A stretch of DNA of 64,000 bases. It comes from an uncultured Pseudomonadales bacterium. Its GTDB lineage: Bacteria; Patescibacteriota; Microgenomatia; UBA1400; MFAQ01. Made by a program: the position numbers and the translations under genes. Positions 40,381 through 50,034 of the stretch are shown here, piece by piece. The stretch is from NCBI GenBank assembly GCA_964513845.1, contig CAZENT010000003.1:70809-134808 (forward strand), in the 5' to 3' direction. The notes beneath the pieces are model-generated. The model saw only the letters and a program-made list of their open reading frames with translations, did not search any database and was not told where the DNA came from. The number at the start of each line of letters is the position of its first letter. Position 1 is the stretch's first letter.

Positions 40381-41694
40381 TTAAGGAGTTAATCTTTTAA
40401 TTCCGCGATAGATATAGGTGACTTCTCGAACATTGTTTAGACCAAGAATCTTCATTAGTAGTCTGGATGGGCCTGGAGCAAAACCGCCGTGTGGAGGACA
40501 ACCGTACTTAAAAAAGTTTAGATAACTTTCGAAAGGTTCAAGTTTGAAACCTTTTTCGGCAATTTGATTTTTGAGAACCTCGTAACGATGTTCACGTTGG
40601 GCACCGCTAGTGATTTCAAGTCCACAATAGAGCAAGTCAAAACTTTTTGTGATTGTGGGGTCTTTTTCGTCGCGCATACTATAAAAAGCTCTGGAAGCAG
40701 TAGGAAACTCGTGAACGAAAACAAAATCATTATCTTCTTTGTTTTTGAAATATTCACAGATAGCTCTTTCTTCTTCTGGACTTAGGTCATCTTTCTTTTC
40801 GTTGGGAACTCCTTGTTTGGCAAGAATTTCTTTGACCTCCCTAAAGGTTACTCTTGGGAATGGTTGAGAAGGAACCTTGATATCTTGTTTGTAAGTTTCT
40901 TTGATTTCTTTGCCGTATTTTTCCTTGATGGCCGTAAGAATAGCTACCATTATTTTTTCTTCTTCGTCCATAAGGTCATGGTGAGAAGAAATAAATGACT
41001 TTTCAATATCGTACATTGTGAATTCAGTGTCGTGACGAGAAGTGGATGAGGGGTTGGCTCTGAAAACTGGTCCAACTTCAAAAACTTTTTCAAAACCCGC
41101 AGACATGGCCATTTGTTTGTAGAACTGAGGAGACTGGGCGAGATAGGCCTTTTGACCAAAATAATCAATTTGGAAAAGCTCTGATCCTGATTCTGTAGAA
41201 GTAACAACGGTTTTCGGTGAATGGATTTCGATATAATCGTTCGTAATACAGTAATTTCTAAATGCTTGTTCTAGAGTGGTCCAAACTTTAAAAATTAAGG
41301 CACTTTTTTCTTTGCGAAGATCAAGATAGCGCCAGTCTAGGCGAGTATCAAGATTTGTTTCGGATTCTCCCTTTTCGTCTACAGGAATTGGAAGTTCTGG
41401 TTCTGCTTGGGACAATATTTCCACTGAATTGATAAAAACCTCAATTCCTGAAGGAGCTTGAGTGTTTTCTTTGGCCTCACCAGTGATAGTTAATACTGAT
41501 TCAGTTGATAGTTCTTGAAGAGTAGTAAATGCAGAAGTATTTGATTTGATTACTACTGTTTGGACAGTACCAGAAATATCTCGAAGAATGAGAAAAATAA
41601 TTCCTCCTTGTTTTCTAATGGTTTGGGCAAATCCAAATAGAGTAATTTGTTCTCCAAGATGGTTTTTAACGTCTTTGATATATGTTCTTTCCAT
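40381..41694 (-). CDS. aspS: Aspartate--tRNA ligase, short archaeal-type (probably non-discriminating)
   Basis: 437 aa, no GAD insert; RLDWRYLDLR, LAQSPQFYKQ, FRANPS..SRH, EITSGAQREH. Confidence 0.88.
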   Translation of the reverse strand: MERTYIKDVKNHLGEQITLFGFAQTIRKQGGIIFLILRDISGTVQTVVIKSNTSAFTTLQELSTESVLTITGEAKENTQAPSGIEVFINSVEILSQAEPELPIPVDEKGESETNLDTRLDWRYLDLRKEKSALIFKVWTTLEQAFRNYCITNDYIEIHSPKTVVTSTESGSELFQIDYFGQKAYLAQSPQFYKQMAMSAGFEKVFEVGPVFRANPSSTSRHDTEFTMYDIEKSFISSHHDLMDEEEKIMVAILTAIKEKYGKEIKETYKQDIKVPSQPFPRVTFREVKEILAKQGVPNEKKDDLSPEEERAICEYFKNKEDNDFVFVHEFPTASRAFYSMRDEKDPTITKSFDLLYCGLEITSGAQREHRYEVLKNQIAEKGFKLEPFESYLNFFKYGCPPHGGFAPGPSRLLMKILGLNNVREVTYIYRGIKRLTP

Positions 41695-41725
41695 TTGAAC
41701 TTATTATACAGCTCATAAGGCTAGT

Positions 41726-41759
41726 AAAAAAGAAAAAGCCAGTCATATAGACTGGCTTT
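41726..41759 (-). terminator. Intrinsic terminator after AsnRS-like gene
   Basis: AAAGCCAGTC-ATATA-GACTGGCTTT with U run on the minus strand. Confidence 0.7.
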
Positions 41760-41788
41760 ATTTGCGATTACAGAGAGCAGGAAAAGAT

Positions 41789-43108
41789 TTAAGGAAAGAT
41801 TCTTCTACCGAAGGATCTTGGAAATGGGATACAATCTCTAACGTTGGGAATTCCAAGAACCCAACGAAGGTATCTTTCAACACCCATTCCGAAGCCAAAA
41901 TGAGGAGCGGCGCCAAACCGACGAAGATCTCGAAGCCACTCATATCGTGGGTCCGTTAATCTGTTTTTTTCTTCCATTCGTTCATCCAGCATTATTGGAT
42001 CAGATATCTTTTCGGCAACACCCAAAAGTTCTCCGTAACCATTATTAGCGATTAAATCAGCCGTTAGGGTTACTTCGTGATCATCGGGATTAATGACATA
42101 AGGAAATGGTTCTATTGAGCGTGGAATACCGGCGATCCAAAACGGAGTCAAGAAATTTTTGGATAAAAATTTTTCCTCCTCTGAACCAAGGCTTTTACCG
42201 AAAGGATGATCAAAACCACCCCTTTCGAGCTCTTTGATGGCTTCACGATATGTAATTCTGGGAAAAGGCGTATTCATACCATCAAGACAAAGTTTGGAGT
42301 TAAGTACATTGGCGATTTGAGAACAATTTTCTCGAATATAAATTGCGTTATCGTGTAATAGAGATTCGACAAGTAAAATAACATCTTCAAAATTTCCCCA
42401 GGCGAATTCTGCTTTGATGTGCCAATATTCGATAAGATGTCGTTTGCTTCGGCTTTCTTCGCGCCTAAAACTTGGCCCAATATTGTAAATTCTTTCTAGA
42501 CCCATGACACTGCTTTCCAAATAAAATCCTACACATTGAGTAAGGAAAAGATTCTCATTGTGCAGTTCGAAGTTGACTGCAGATTTATCGTCATAAAGTG
42601 GAAGATTGGTGATGATTGGAGCGGTGAGTTCAGTAAAATTATTATTGTCAAACCAAAGACGAATCGAGTTCATGATTTGACTTCGAAACTTAAGAATCTC
42701 CATTATTTTAGGATTTCGGATATATATGTAGCGATTGGTCAGAAGATGGTTGGCAAGAGCTTCGTCGAAAATGTCAATGTTGTCACTGCGTACTGAGGGA
42801 GTAAGAATTTTGGTGGCGAGATTAACAAGTCTAAATTTTGTGGCTTGAATTTCGAAATGATCTTGGTTCAGAGTGATTATTCCAAAAATTTCAATAGCAG
42901 ATTCTTCGGTGAGTATTTCAAGTGTATTAAGGGTTTCAGTGGTGTGTATTGATTTGTCAAAAACAACTTGAATAAAACCACTTGAGTCGGACAAATCAAC
43001 AAAAACTGTTTTTTTGTGACGCCTAACTGACTTAACCCATCCTGGAATTGAGACTTCTTTGCCAATATAACTTGAATTTTGGACATCAGAAACAAAGACT
43101 GTTTTCAT
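41789..43108 (-). CDS. Divergent asparagine--tRNA ligase-like class IIb synthetase
   Basis: OB-fold (GWVKSVR..FVDLSDSSG), motif 2 SFRREESRSKRHLIEYW, GYGELLG, motif 3 GFGMGVER; AGGAGG SD supports ATG 43108. Confidence 0.8.
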   Translation of the reverse strand: MKTVFVSDVQNSSYIGKEVSIPGWVKSVRRHKKTVFVDLSDSSGFIQVVFDKSIHTTETLNTLEILTEESAIEIFGIITLNQDHFEIQATKFRLVNLATKILTPSVRSDNIDIFDEALANHLLTNRYIYIRNPKIMEILKFRSQIMNSIRLWFDNNNFTELTAPIITNLPLYDDKSAVNFELHNENLFLTQCVGFYLESSVMGLERIYNIGPSFRREESRSKRHLIEYWHIKAEFAWGNFEDVILLVESLLHDNAIYIRENCSQIANVLNSKLCLDGMNTPFPRITYREAIKELERGGFDHPFGKSLGSEEEKFLSKNFLTPFWIAGIPRSIEPFPYVINPDDHEVTLTADLIANNGYGELLGVAEKISDPIMLDERMEEKNRLTDPRYEWLRDLRRFGAAPHFGFGMGVERYLRWVLGIPNVRDCIPFPRSFGRRIFP

Positions 43109-43183
43109 GGTTCCTCCTGTTAATGTTCTGAAAAGGATGTTCGATCTCGCGGTTATTATAGCGATAGGCAGCGAAAAAGCAAT

Positions 43184-43210
43184 AAAAAACGCAGACAATT
43201 GTCTGCGTTT
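43184..43210 (-). terminator. Intrinsic terminator
   Basis: Perfect palindrome AAACGCAGACAATTGTCTGCGTTT with U run on the minus strand. Confidence 0.65.
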
Positions 43211-43217
43211 GTGTATA

Positions 43218-43778
43218 CTAAGCTGTTGAAATTTTTGAAAGTGTGAAATTTAATTCATCAACAAGCGAATTGAAAGTGGAATCTTTGATGAATTTTGGTT
43301 TCAATCCTGTTCCTGATACAAAGAAACCGTTTGCGTTGATTGTAAGAATTAACCCTTCGTTGTTAACCGCAAAAGAGTATGGCCCGTCCCAGGCAAAAGG
43401 AATTATTTCTTGTGTCGTTTTGGTTACAATTCCGAAACAAATTTGTTTGAGAAAACGATGTTTGTTGTTATTGATAAGTGAGGAAAGATTTAAAAGAGTG
43501 TCAGGATAAAGATTTTTCCTCAACTTTTCAAGAGCTAGACCAGTGAGAAAGTTGTTGTGAATATTTTCATCATCGACAACTTCAGAAAATATGAAAGCTG
43601 CTTGGCTAATTCTTGCTTGAGGATACAGTGGATTATTAAGCAGGTTTTGGTTATAGAAAATCTCCAATATTTCTCTGATATTGGTATTTTCTAGACAGGA
43701 AAGTATTTTTTTGTGGTGATATATGGCAGTTTCAATTGAACCAAAGTTTCCAGACTGAGGAATAGATACTTGTAACAT
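43218..43778 (-). CDS. Hypothetical protein
   Basis: 186 aa AT-rich ORF with AGGAGG SD; no motif recognised. Confidence 0.7.
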   Translation of the reverse strand: MLQVSIPQSGNFGSIETAIYHHKKILSCLENTNIREILEIFYNQNLLNNPLYPQARISQAAFIFSEVVDDENIHNNFLTGLALEKLRKNLYPDTLLNLSSLINNNKHRFLKQICFGIVTKTTQEIIPFAWDGPYSFAVNNEGLILTINANGFFVSGTGLKPKFIKDSTFNSLVDELNFTLSKISTA

Positions 43779-43926
43779 GTGACCTCCTGATTATTAGTGT
43801 GCTTGTTTTTGATATTGTACACCCTAACATTGAAAAAGAACCCTGAAGACAATATATTTTCTGTTTCAAGATAATGTGAAATATGTTCTGAAATTATTAA
43901 GTGGAAATATAGTATATTAATAGTGT

Positions 43927-44970
43927 TTGAGTAATATAGAAAGCCTAACTAAATGTTTGGAGCCGGAGAGGGTAAAAAAGAATGAACCTTTGGCTAAGCA
44001 CACCACACTTAATATTGGTGGGGAGGCGGATTTGTTTTATCTAACAGAGTCTTCAGGAGATTTGGTAAAAGCTGTGCGTTTGGCACGGTCTTTTAAAGTG
44101 CCGGTGACCATAATTGGGGGAGGTAGCAATATTCTGGTTAGTGATGATGGTGTGCGAGGGTTGGTGATTAAGAACAGAAGCAAAAAAATTACAGTTCACA
44201 AGGAGGGTAAATTTCACGCAATCTTGAGAGGAGTGATAAATGCTCGATGGATAGCTTCCGATAAGGGTACAAAGAAATATGATTTTGCCGATTTGGATTA
44301 TGAGGAAAATGATAAGCCCGATGTGGAAGTAGTTTTGGATAGCGGAGTGAATTTGCAGGTGGCGATGGCACAACTGTTTGATCAGGGAGTCACGGGATTA
44401 CAATGGTATAGCCGTATTCCAGGAACGATTGGGGGAGCGGTTTTTAATAATATTCATGGAGGATCACATACCTTTGCCGAGATAGTGAAAAAAGTGGTGG
44501 TGCTGGATGAACATGGCGGAGTGAAAACAATTTCCGGAAAAAATTTGAAGTCTGACTATGATAAATCTCGATTTCATGATTCGGGGGAGATAATTTTGGA
44601 AGTAACTTTGATGTTGAAACTGGGAGATGTGGAGCGAGCCAGAAAAGTAGCTGATGAGTGGAAAAAACGGAAAATGGTACAACCCATGAACTCAAATGGA
44701 TGTGTTTTTAAAAATATTAGTGAAGAGGATAGGGAAACTTTGGGTTATCCAACAACCTCAGTCGGGTATATTGTGGAACATATTTTAAATATGACTGGGT
44801 ACAAAGTAGGCGGAGCAGCGATTGCTGATCATCATAATTTCATCATCAATACAGGGAAGGCGACAGCAAAAGATTATTTAGCGGTTCGAGATGAAATTGT
44901 GAGGCGAGCTAGGGAAAGTGTGGGAATTGAGCTGGAAGATGAGATAATTCGAATAGGTGAGTTTGATTAA
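43927..44970 (+). CDS. murB: UDP-N-acetylenolpyruvoylglucosamine reductase
   Basis: LAKHTTLNIGGEA, GGGSNILVSD, IPGTIGGA, GCVFKN, HNFIINTG. Confidence 0.93.
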   Translation: MSNIESLTKCLEPERVKKNEPLAKHTTLNIGGEADLFYLTESSGDLVKAVRLARSFKVPVTIIGGGSNILVSDDGVRGLVIKNRSKKITVHKEGKFHAILRGVINARWIASDKGTKKYDFADLDYEENDKPDVEVVLDSGVNLQVAMAQLFDQGVTGLQWYSRIPGTIGGAVFNNIHGGSHTFAEIVKKVVVLDEHGGVKTISGKNLKSDYDKSRFHDSGEIILEVTLMLKLGDVERARKVADEWKKRKMVQPMNSNGCVFKNISEEDRETLGYPTTSVGYIVEHILNMTGYKVGGAAIADHHNFIINTGKATAKDYLAVRDEIVRRARESVGIELEDEIIRIGEFD

Positions 44971-44986
44971 TAATTAATCACTGACT

Positions 44987-46303
44987 ATGAATGGAGTTTT
45001 AAAAATTACCGGAGGTCGAAAACTTGAAGGGGTGGTGACACCCATTCCTAATAAAAACAGTATTCTTGCAGTTTTGCCGGCAGCAATTTTGACTAACGAA
45101 ACAATGGTGTACAAAAATGTGCCCAATACGAGCGATGTGGGAAAAATTGTACAGATTTTGAAACTTTTGGGAGCTGAAGTGGATCAGAGTGTGGAAGGTG
45201 AAATAAAAATTAATTGTTCGGGAGTTAAGTCTTATCAAGTGGACGCGGCTTTGGGTGGGCAGTTTAGAGCATCTTTGATGTTTGCAGGTCCTTTGTTGGC
45301 GCGATTTGGGGTGGCAGAGATTCCTTTGCCTGGTGGTTGTGTTTTGGGAATGAGATCGATTGCAGCCCATTTGGATGTGTTTAAAAAAGCCGGAGTAGCT
45401 TATGAATATATTGATGGTTTTGTGAGATTTAAAAAAACCAAAAAACAGGAGAAAAAATATGATATTTGGCAGATTGAGGCGAGTGTGACTGGAACAGAAA
45501 ACCTGGTGATGCTGGCTGCTGGTTCTGAAGCAACATATATATTAACCGATGCAGCTTGTGAACCTCACGTGAGTGATTTGTTGGAGTTGTTGGTAAAAAT
45601 GGGAGCGAAAATCGAAGGGGTTGGTTCGAATAAACTGACAATTTCTGGAAACAAAAAATTGGGTGGAACGGAGTATGTTCCAGGTCCTGACTTTATTGAT
45701 ATTGCCGGATTAATCGTGGCGGCGGCTGTGACGGATGGAAATATTCGTATTAAAGGAGCTAATATTCCCGAGGTGGTAAATGGAATGATTAATTGGTTTG
45801 AAATTTTTAATATCAAAATTGAGCGAGATGGAAAGGACTTGTTGGTTAGCCGAAATGGAGAGCTAAAAATTGATGTAGAAAACTCCGGAGTACCTGTGGC
45901 CGCACCTGGATTGCCTAAACTTTACCCTCGTCCTTGGCCTGGTTTCCCGGTGGACGCAATTCCGGTGATGGCTGTTCTCGCCAGCAAAACCAAGGGGCGT
46001 TTGCTCTTGAAAAACTGGATGTATGAGTCGGGTTTTGATTTTGTGAGAGAACTAAACGCGATGGGGGCAGATATCTTTGTTTCAGATCCTGAACGAATTA
46101 TCATCAATGGACCAGTGAGTTTCAAGGGAGGTGTGGTAGTGTCTCCCTCGGTAATTCAGGCGTGTAAAGCCATTTTTATCTCGGCTTTGTGTGACCCGGT
46201 GACAACTGAAATTCATGGAGTCGATATTCTGCGCAGAAGATATCCAAATGTTTTTGAAACGTATACGAGTTTGGGAGCGTTGATTGAGAGGGTGGATGAC
46301 TAG
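44987..46303 (+). CDS. murA: UDP-N-acetylglucosamine 1-carboxyvinyltransferase
   Basis: KNS, RAS, LPGGCVLGMR catalytic Cys, SVTGTEN, PWPGFP. Confidence 0.93.
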   Translation: MNGVLKITGGRKLEGVVTPIPNKNSILAVLPAAILTNETMVYKNVPNTSDVGKIVQILKLLGAEVDQSVEGEIKINCSGVKSYQVDAALGGQFRASLMFAGPLLARFGVAEIPLPGGCVLGMRSIAAHLDVFKKAGVAYEYIDGFVRFKKTKKQEKKYDIWQIEASVTGTENLVMLAAGSEATYILTDAACEPHVSDLLELLVKMGAKIEGVGSNKLTISGNKKLGGTEYVPGPDFIDIAGLIVAAAVTDGNIRIKGANIPEVVNGMINWFEIFNIKIERDGKDLLVSRNGELKIDVENSGVPVAAPGLPKLYPRPWPGFPVDAIPVMAVLASKTKGRLLLKNWMYESGFDFVRELNAMGADIFVSDPERIIINGPVSFKGGVVVSPSVIQACKAIFISALCDPVTTEIHGVDILRRRYPNVFETYTSLGALIERVDD

Positions 46304-46310
46304 AATGGTT

Positions 46311-46527
46311 GTTTGAAATATATTTCGTTTCCCTTAACCGGACCTGTCGCCTTATACCTTTTCAAAAACCGGATGCTCTTTCGCCCTGCGCGAAAGCCAT
46401 CCATTACTTGCAGCCGAAAATTCTTAAGACTACTTAAGAAACCAGGCTTTTCGGCTTTGCGCAATATTTTTGAAAAAGTAGTAAGGCTTCGGTCTATATT
46501 GTTTCGGGAAACAAAATATTTTCAAAC
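46311..46527 (+). repeat. Structured repeat family R2, copy after murA
   Basis: Core near-identical to 59357-59551 with compensatory changes; CCTGC loop, ACCAGGC bulge. Confidence 0.9.
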
Positions 46528-46543
46528 TAATTATTCGGTGATG

Positions 46544-46654
46544 TAAGAGCTTGCTCGTTCTCCTTTCCATAATATTATTAAGGAAATGTCGGCCTGCGCT
46601 TCCTCTTATATCATGCGCCCATAATCGCTATCGCTTATTATCGGCTTGATATAA
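46544..46654 (+). repeat. Repeat family R4, copy 1 (abuts leuS -10 box)
   Basis: TAAGAGCTTGCTCG...TTTCCATAAT..GGAAAT...CCTCTTATATC...TTGATATAA shared with 54450-54557. Confidence 0.75.
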
Positions 46655-46663
46655 AATAGTGCC

Positions 46664-49003
46664 ATGGCTTATGACTTTAAAGAGGTAGAAAAAAAGTGGG
46701 TGGAGAAGTATGACGGTTTTGATGGTTACAAAGCAAAGGATTTTGAAAGCAAACCTAAAAAATATGTACTACAAGAGTTTCCTTATCCATCCGGAAGCGG
46801 GCTTCATGTAGGACACGCTTTTTCGATGACCGGGGCAGATGTTTATGCGCGATTTATGCGCATGAACGGATTTAATGTGATGTTTCCCATGGGCTGGGAT
46901 GCTTTTGGGCTACCAACGGAAAATTACGCCATCAAAATGGGAGTGAAGCCTCAGGTAATTACAAAAGAAAATACGGCGAAGTACAAAGCTCAAATGCGAA
47001 GGCTGGGATTTTCCTTTGACTGGAGCCGAGAAGTGGACACGACTGACGCTGATTACTATAAATGGACACAATGGATTTTTACGAAACTATTTGAAAAGGG
47101 TTTGGCCCACAAAGAAGAAATGGCGATTAACTGGTGCCCTAAAGATAAAATTGGCTTGGCCAATGAAGAAGTGGTCGATGGGAAATGCGAGCGATGCGGA
47201 ACGGAAACTGAGAGAAGAACAATATCCCAATGGGTGGTGAAGATAACAGCTTATGCCGATAAGCTTTTGGAAGGACTTAAAAATACAAATTTTATCGATA
47301 AAGTTAAAGCGGCACAGACGAATTGGATAGATAAACGTATTGGTGCAAAGATTAAATTTCGATTGGCGGAGATTGCCACGTCGAGTACTCCTCGCAATGA
47401 CGATTATATTGAAGTGTTTACCACAAGACCAGACACTCTTGAGGGCGTGACATTTATGGTGATTGCACCGGAGCATAAATTGGTGAGCGGTTTGATGGAA
47501 AATGAAGAAGTCAGAAAATACGTGAGTGAAACGAAAAAAAAGAGTGAGATGGAAAGAACCGAGTTGTCTAAAGAAAAAACAGGTGTATTTTCTGGGCTGA
47601 TGGCGATTAATCCCGTAACTGGTCAAGAAATTCCGGTATGGATTGCCGATTATGTTTTGATTTCATATGGGACAGGAGCGATTATGGCTGTTCCAAGCCA
47701 CGATGAGCGAGATGAAGCTTTTGCTAATAAATATTCTTTGCCTATAAATAGAGAGTATGTGCCTGATATGAAGATGGTTGACGTGATTGTGGAAAAAGGA
47801 GTTGGAGAAAAAGCGGAGAACTATCATCTGCGTGACTGGATATTTAGCCGTCAACATTACTGGGGTGAACCGATCCCAATGGTAAACTGCCCTGTATGTG
47901 GTTGGGTAGCCGTTCCTGAAGAACAACTGCCGATACGCTTGCCTGAAGTAGAGAAGTACCTACCGACCGATACGGGAGAGTCACCTTTGGCGGCAATGAC
48001 CGATTGGGTAAACACAACATGCCCCAAATGCGGTGGAGAGGCTAAGCGAGAAACCGATACCATGCCAAACTGGGCAGGAAGTGACTGGTATTTTCTTCGA
48101 TACTGTGACCCAAAAAATGACAAGGCTTTGGCGGATATGGAAAAGATGAAGTACTGGATGCCGGTAGATGTATATATGGGTGGGGATGAGCACAACACAC
48201 TTCATCTGCTTTACTCAAGATTTATTTATCAGTTCCTTTGGGATCTGGGAGTTGTGCCAAAAGAAATTCCCGAGCCGTATATAAAAAGAATGTCGCATGG
48301 GGTAATTCTTGGCCCTGATGGAAACCGAATGAGTAAAAGTCACGGAAATGTAATTGTTCCGGATGCGGTGGCTGATATATATGGCACGGATGTACTGCGC
48401 GCTTACATGATGTTTATGGGGCCTTTTGACTCGACCATGGCGTGGAACGAGAGATCTTTGGTGGGAGTGAGGCGTTTTATGGAAAGACTATATTCACTGG
48501 TTGTAGAAAGTGCCGGTAAATATTCGGCCACAAACATCGAGGCTTTGAGAACTATTCATCGTTTGGTAAGGGGAGTGGGTGAGGATATTACAGAGTTTAA
48601 GTACAACACAGCCATTGCCAAAATGATGGAGGCAGTGAATGATTTGACGAAAAATAATACAGAGATTGCGAACACGGAACTATCCATTTTGGTTCGAGTA
48701 TTGGCTCCCTTTGCACCTTTTGTAGCTGAAGAAATGTGGAGCATCCTTGGGGGAGAGTTTAGTGTGCACACTAACGAGTGGCCAAAGTTTGACGAAAAGT
48801 ATCTGGTGAGTGAAACAATTATTTTGTCGGTACAGATTAATGGCAAACTAAGAGGAACTGTGGAGGTGTCTCCTGAGGCTGAAGAAGCAGAAGTGAAGAC
48901 GATAGCGGAGGCTCGGGAAAAAGTACAGAAATACTTATCTCAAGGCAAGGTAGTTAAAGTAATTTATATAAAAGGAAAAACGATTAATTATGTGGTTGTT
49001 TGA
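46664..49003 (+). CDS. leuS: Leucine--tRNA ligase
   Basis: FPYPSGSGLHVGH, GWDAFGLP, FTTRPDT, GTGAIMAVP, RMSKS. Confidence 0.97.
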   Translation: MAYDFKEVEKKWVEKYDGFDGYKAKDFESKPKKYVLQEFPYPSGSGLHVGHAFSMTGADVYARFMRMNGFNVMFPMGWDAFGLPTENYAIKMGVKPQVITKENTAKYKAQMRRLGFSFDWSREVDTTDADYYKWTQWIFTKLFEKGLAHKEEMAINWCPKDKIGLANEEVVDGKCERCGTETERRTISQWVVKITAYADKLLEGLKNTNFIDKVKAAQTNWIDKRIGAKIKFRLAEIATSSTPRNDDYIEVFTTRPDTLEGVTFMVIAPEHKLVSGLMENEEVRKYVSETKKKSEMERTELSKEKTGVFSGLMAINPVTGQEIPVWIADYVLISYGTGAIMAVPSHDERDEAFANKYSLPINREYVPDMKMVDVIVEKGVGEKAENYHLRDWIFSRQHYWGEPIPMVNCPVCGWVAVPEEQLPIRLPEVEKYLPTDTGESPLAAMTDWVNTTCPKCGGEAKRETDTMPNWAGSDWYFLRYCDPKNDKALADMEKMKYWMPVDVYMGGDEHNTLHLLYSRFIYQFLWDLGVVPKEIPEPYIKRMSHGVILGPDGNRMSKSHGNVIVPDAVADIYGTDVLRAYMMFMGPFDSTMAWNERSLVGVRRFMERLYSLVVESAGKYSATNIEALRTIHRLVRGVGEDITEFKYNTAIAKMMEAVNDLTKNNTEIANTELSILVRVLAPFAPFVAEEMWSILGGEFSVHTNEWPKFDEKYLVSETIILSVQINGKLRGTVEVSPEAEEAEVKTIAEAREKVQKYLSQGKVVKVIYIKGKTINYVVV

Positions 49004-49012
49004 GATTGATTG

Positions 49013-49113
49013 CCTGCGAGGAGACTCCTCGCAGGACTGGTGAGGCTAGAATTTGATTTATTAGAGGGGAATTTGTCTGTTTGTGCCTACCTGCAAGGAG
49101 ACTCCTTGCAGGT
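49013..49113. repeat. Pair of REP-like palindromes
   Basis: CCTGCGAGGAG-A-CTCCTCGCAGG (49013-49035) and ACCTGCAAGGAG-A-CTCCTTGCAGGT (49089-49113). Confidence 0.8.
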
Positions 49114-49158
49114 GGAATACTTGAAATGAAGGGAGTGTGGGGTGTGATAATATAGTTT

Positions 49159-49899
49159 ATGTTTAAAAATAAAAATTCTCTTTACGCACCGCTTTTGGTG
49201 GTGCTTTTGGTGGTGGCCTCGTTCTTCGTGGGCCGATTATCAGCCCAGGTTTCTGCTCTTAAAGGTGGAACTCCGACCGGAACAAATGCAAAAGCTGAGG
49301 TAACTCCAGCGGCCGCAACCGGTTCCAAAATCGCTGTAGCTGAATTGAAAAAAATGGCTAAGGATTTGGGAGTTGATGCAAAATCTTTTGACAAGTGTTT
49401 GGATGATGGCACAATGGCCAGTAAGGTGAGTGCTGAGGCTTCAGAAGGAAAAGGTTTTGGAATTTCCGGAACACCTTCATTCCTAATCAATGGAATATTA
49501 GTAGTTGGTTCTTTGCCACAAGCTGATTTCGAAAAAGTGATCGATGCTGAGCTGAAAAATGGCACGGGAGACAAGGTGGTACTTTCTTCGGGTGGAGAAG
49601 CTTTGAAGCGAGTAGCTAAAATCCCTTATGGTGTTGGATATATCAAAGGAAGTAAAGATGCCAAAATCAAAATCATGGAGTACACCGATTTTGAGTGTCC
49701 ATATTGTAACCGAGCTTTCCCCACAATCGAAGCTCTCTTGACTAAGTATGGCAATCAGATTAGTTTGGAGTATCGCAGTTTCCCTTTAGGTTTCCATGCT
49801 GACGCACAGAAAGCCGCAGAAGCTGCGCTTTGTGCAGGTGAGCAAGGAAAGTTCTGGGAGTTACACGACAAGATGTTTACCGTGATGGCTCAGAAATAA
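49159..49899 (+). CDS. DsbA-family thiol-disulfide oxidoreductase, circularly permuted
   Basis: N-terminal TM; GISGTPSFLING segment precedes the EYTDFECPYC...QGKFWELHDKMF segment. Confidence 0.85.
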   Translation: MFKNKNSLYAPLLVVLLVVASFFVGRLSAQVSALKGGTPTGTNAKAEVTPAAATGSKIAVAELKKMAKDLGVDAKSFDKCLDDGTMASKVSAEASEGKGFGISGTPSFLINGILVVGSLPQADFEKVIDAELKNGTGDKVVLSSGGEALKRVAKIPYGVGYIKGSKDAKIKIMEYTDFECPYCNRAFPTIEALLTKYGNQISLEYRSFPLGFHADAQKAAEAALCAGEQGKFWELHDKMFTVMAQK

Positions 49900-49921
49900 G
49901 AAAGTAGATATTAGATGAATG

Positions 49922-49947
49922 AAAAAGAGGGGGAGACCCCTCTTTTT
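49922..49947. terminator. Bidirectional intrinsic terminator
   Basis: AAAAAGAGGGG-GAGA-CCCCTCTTTTT between convergent genes. Confidence 0.8.
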
Positions 49948-50034
49948 GGTGGTTTGGAGAAATAAACTTGGGAAAACGATAGAGAGTATCTGTCATAGAT
50001 TGTTGAAAAAGAAAAGTTAAAACCGAAACGATAT

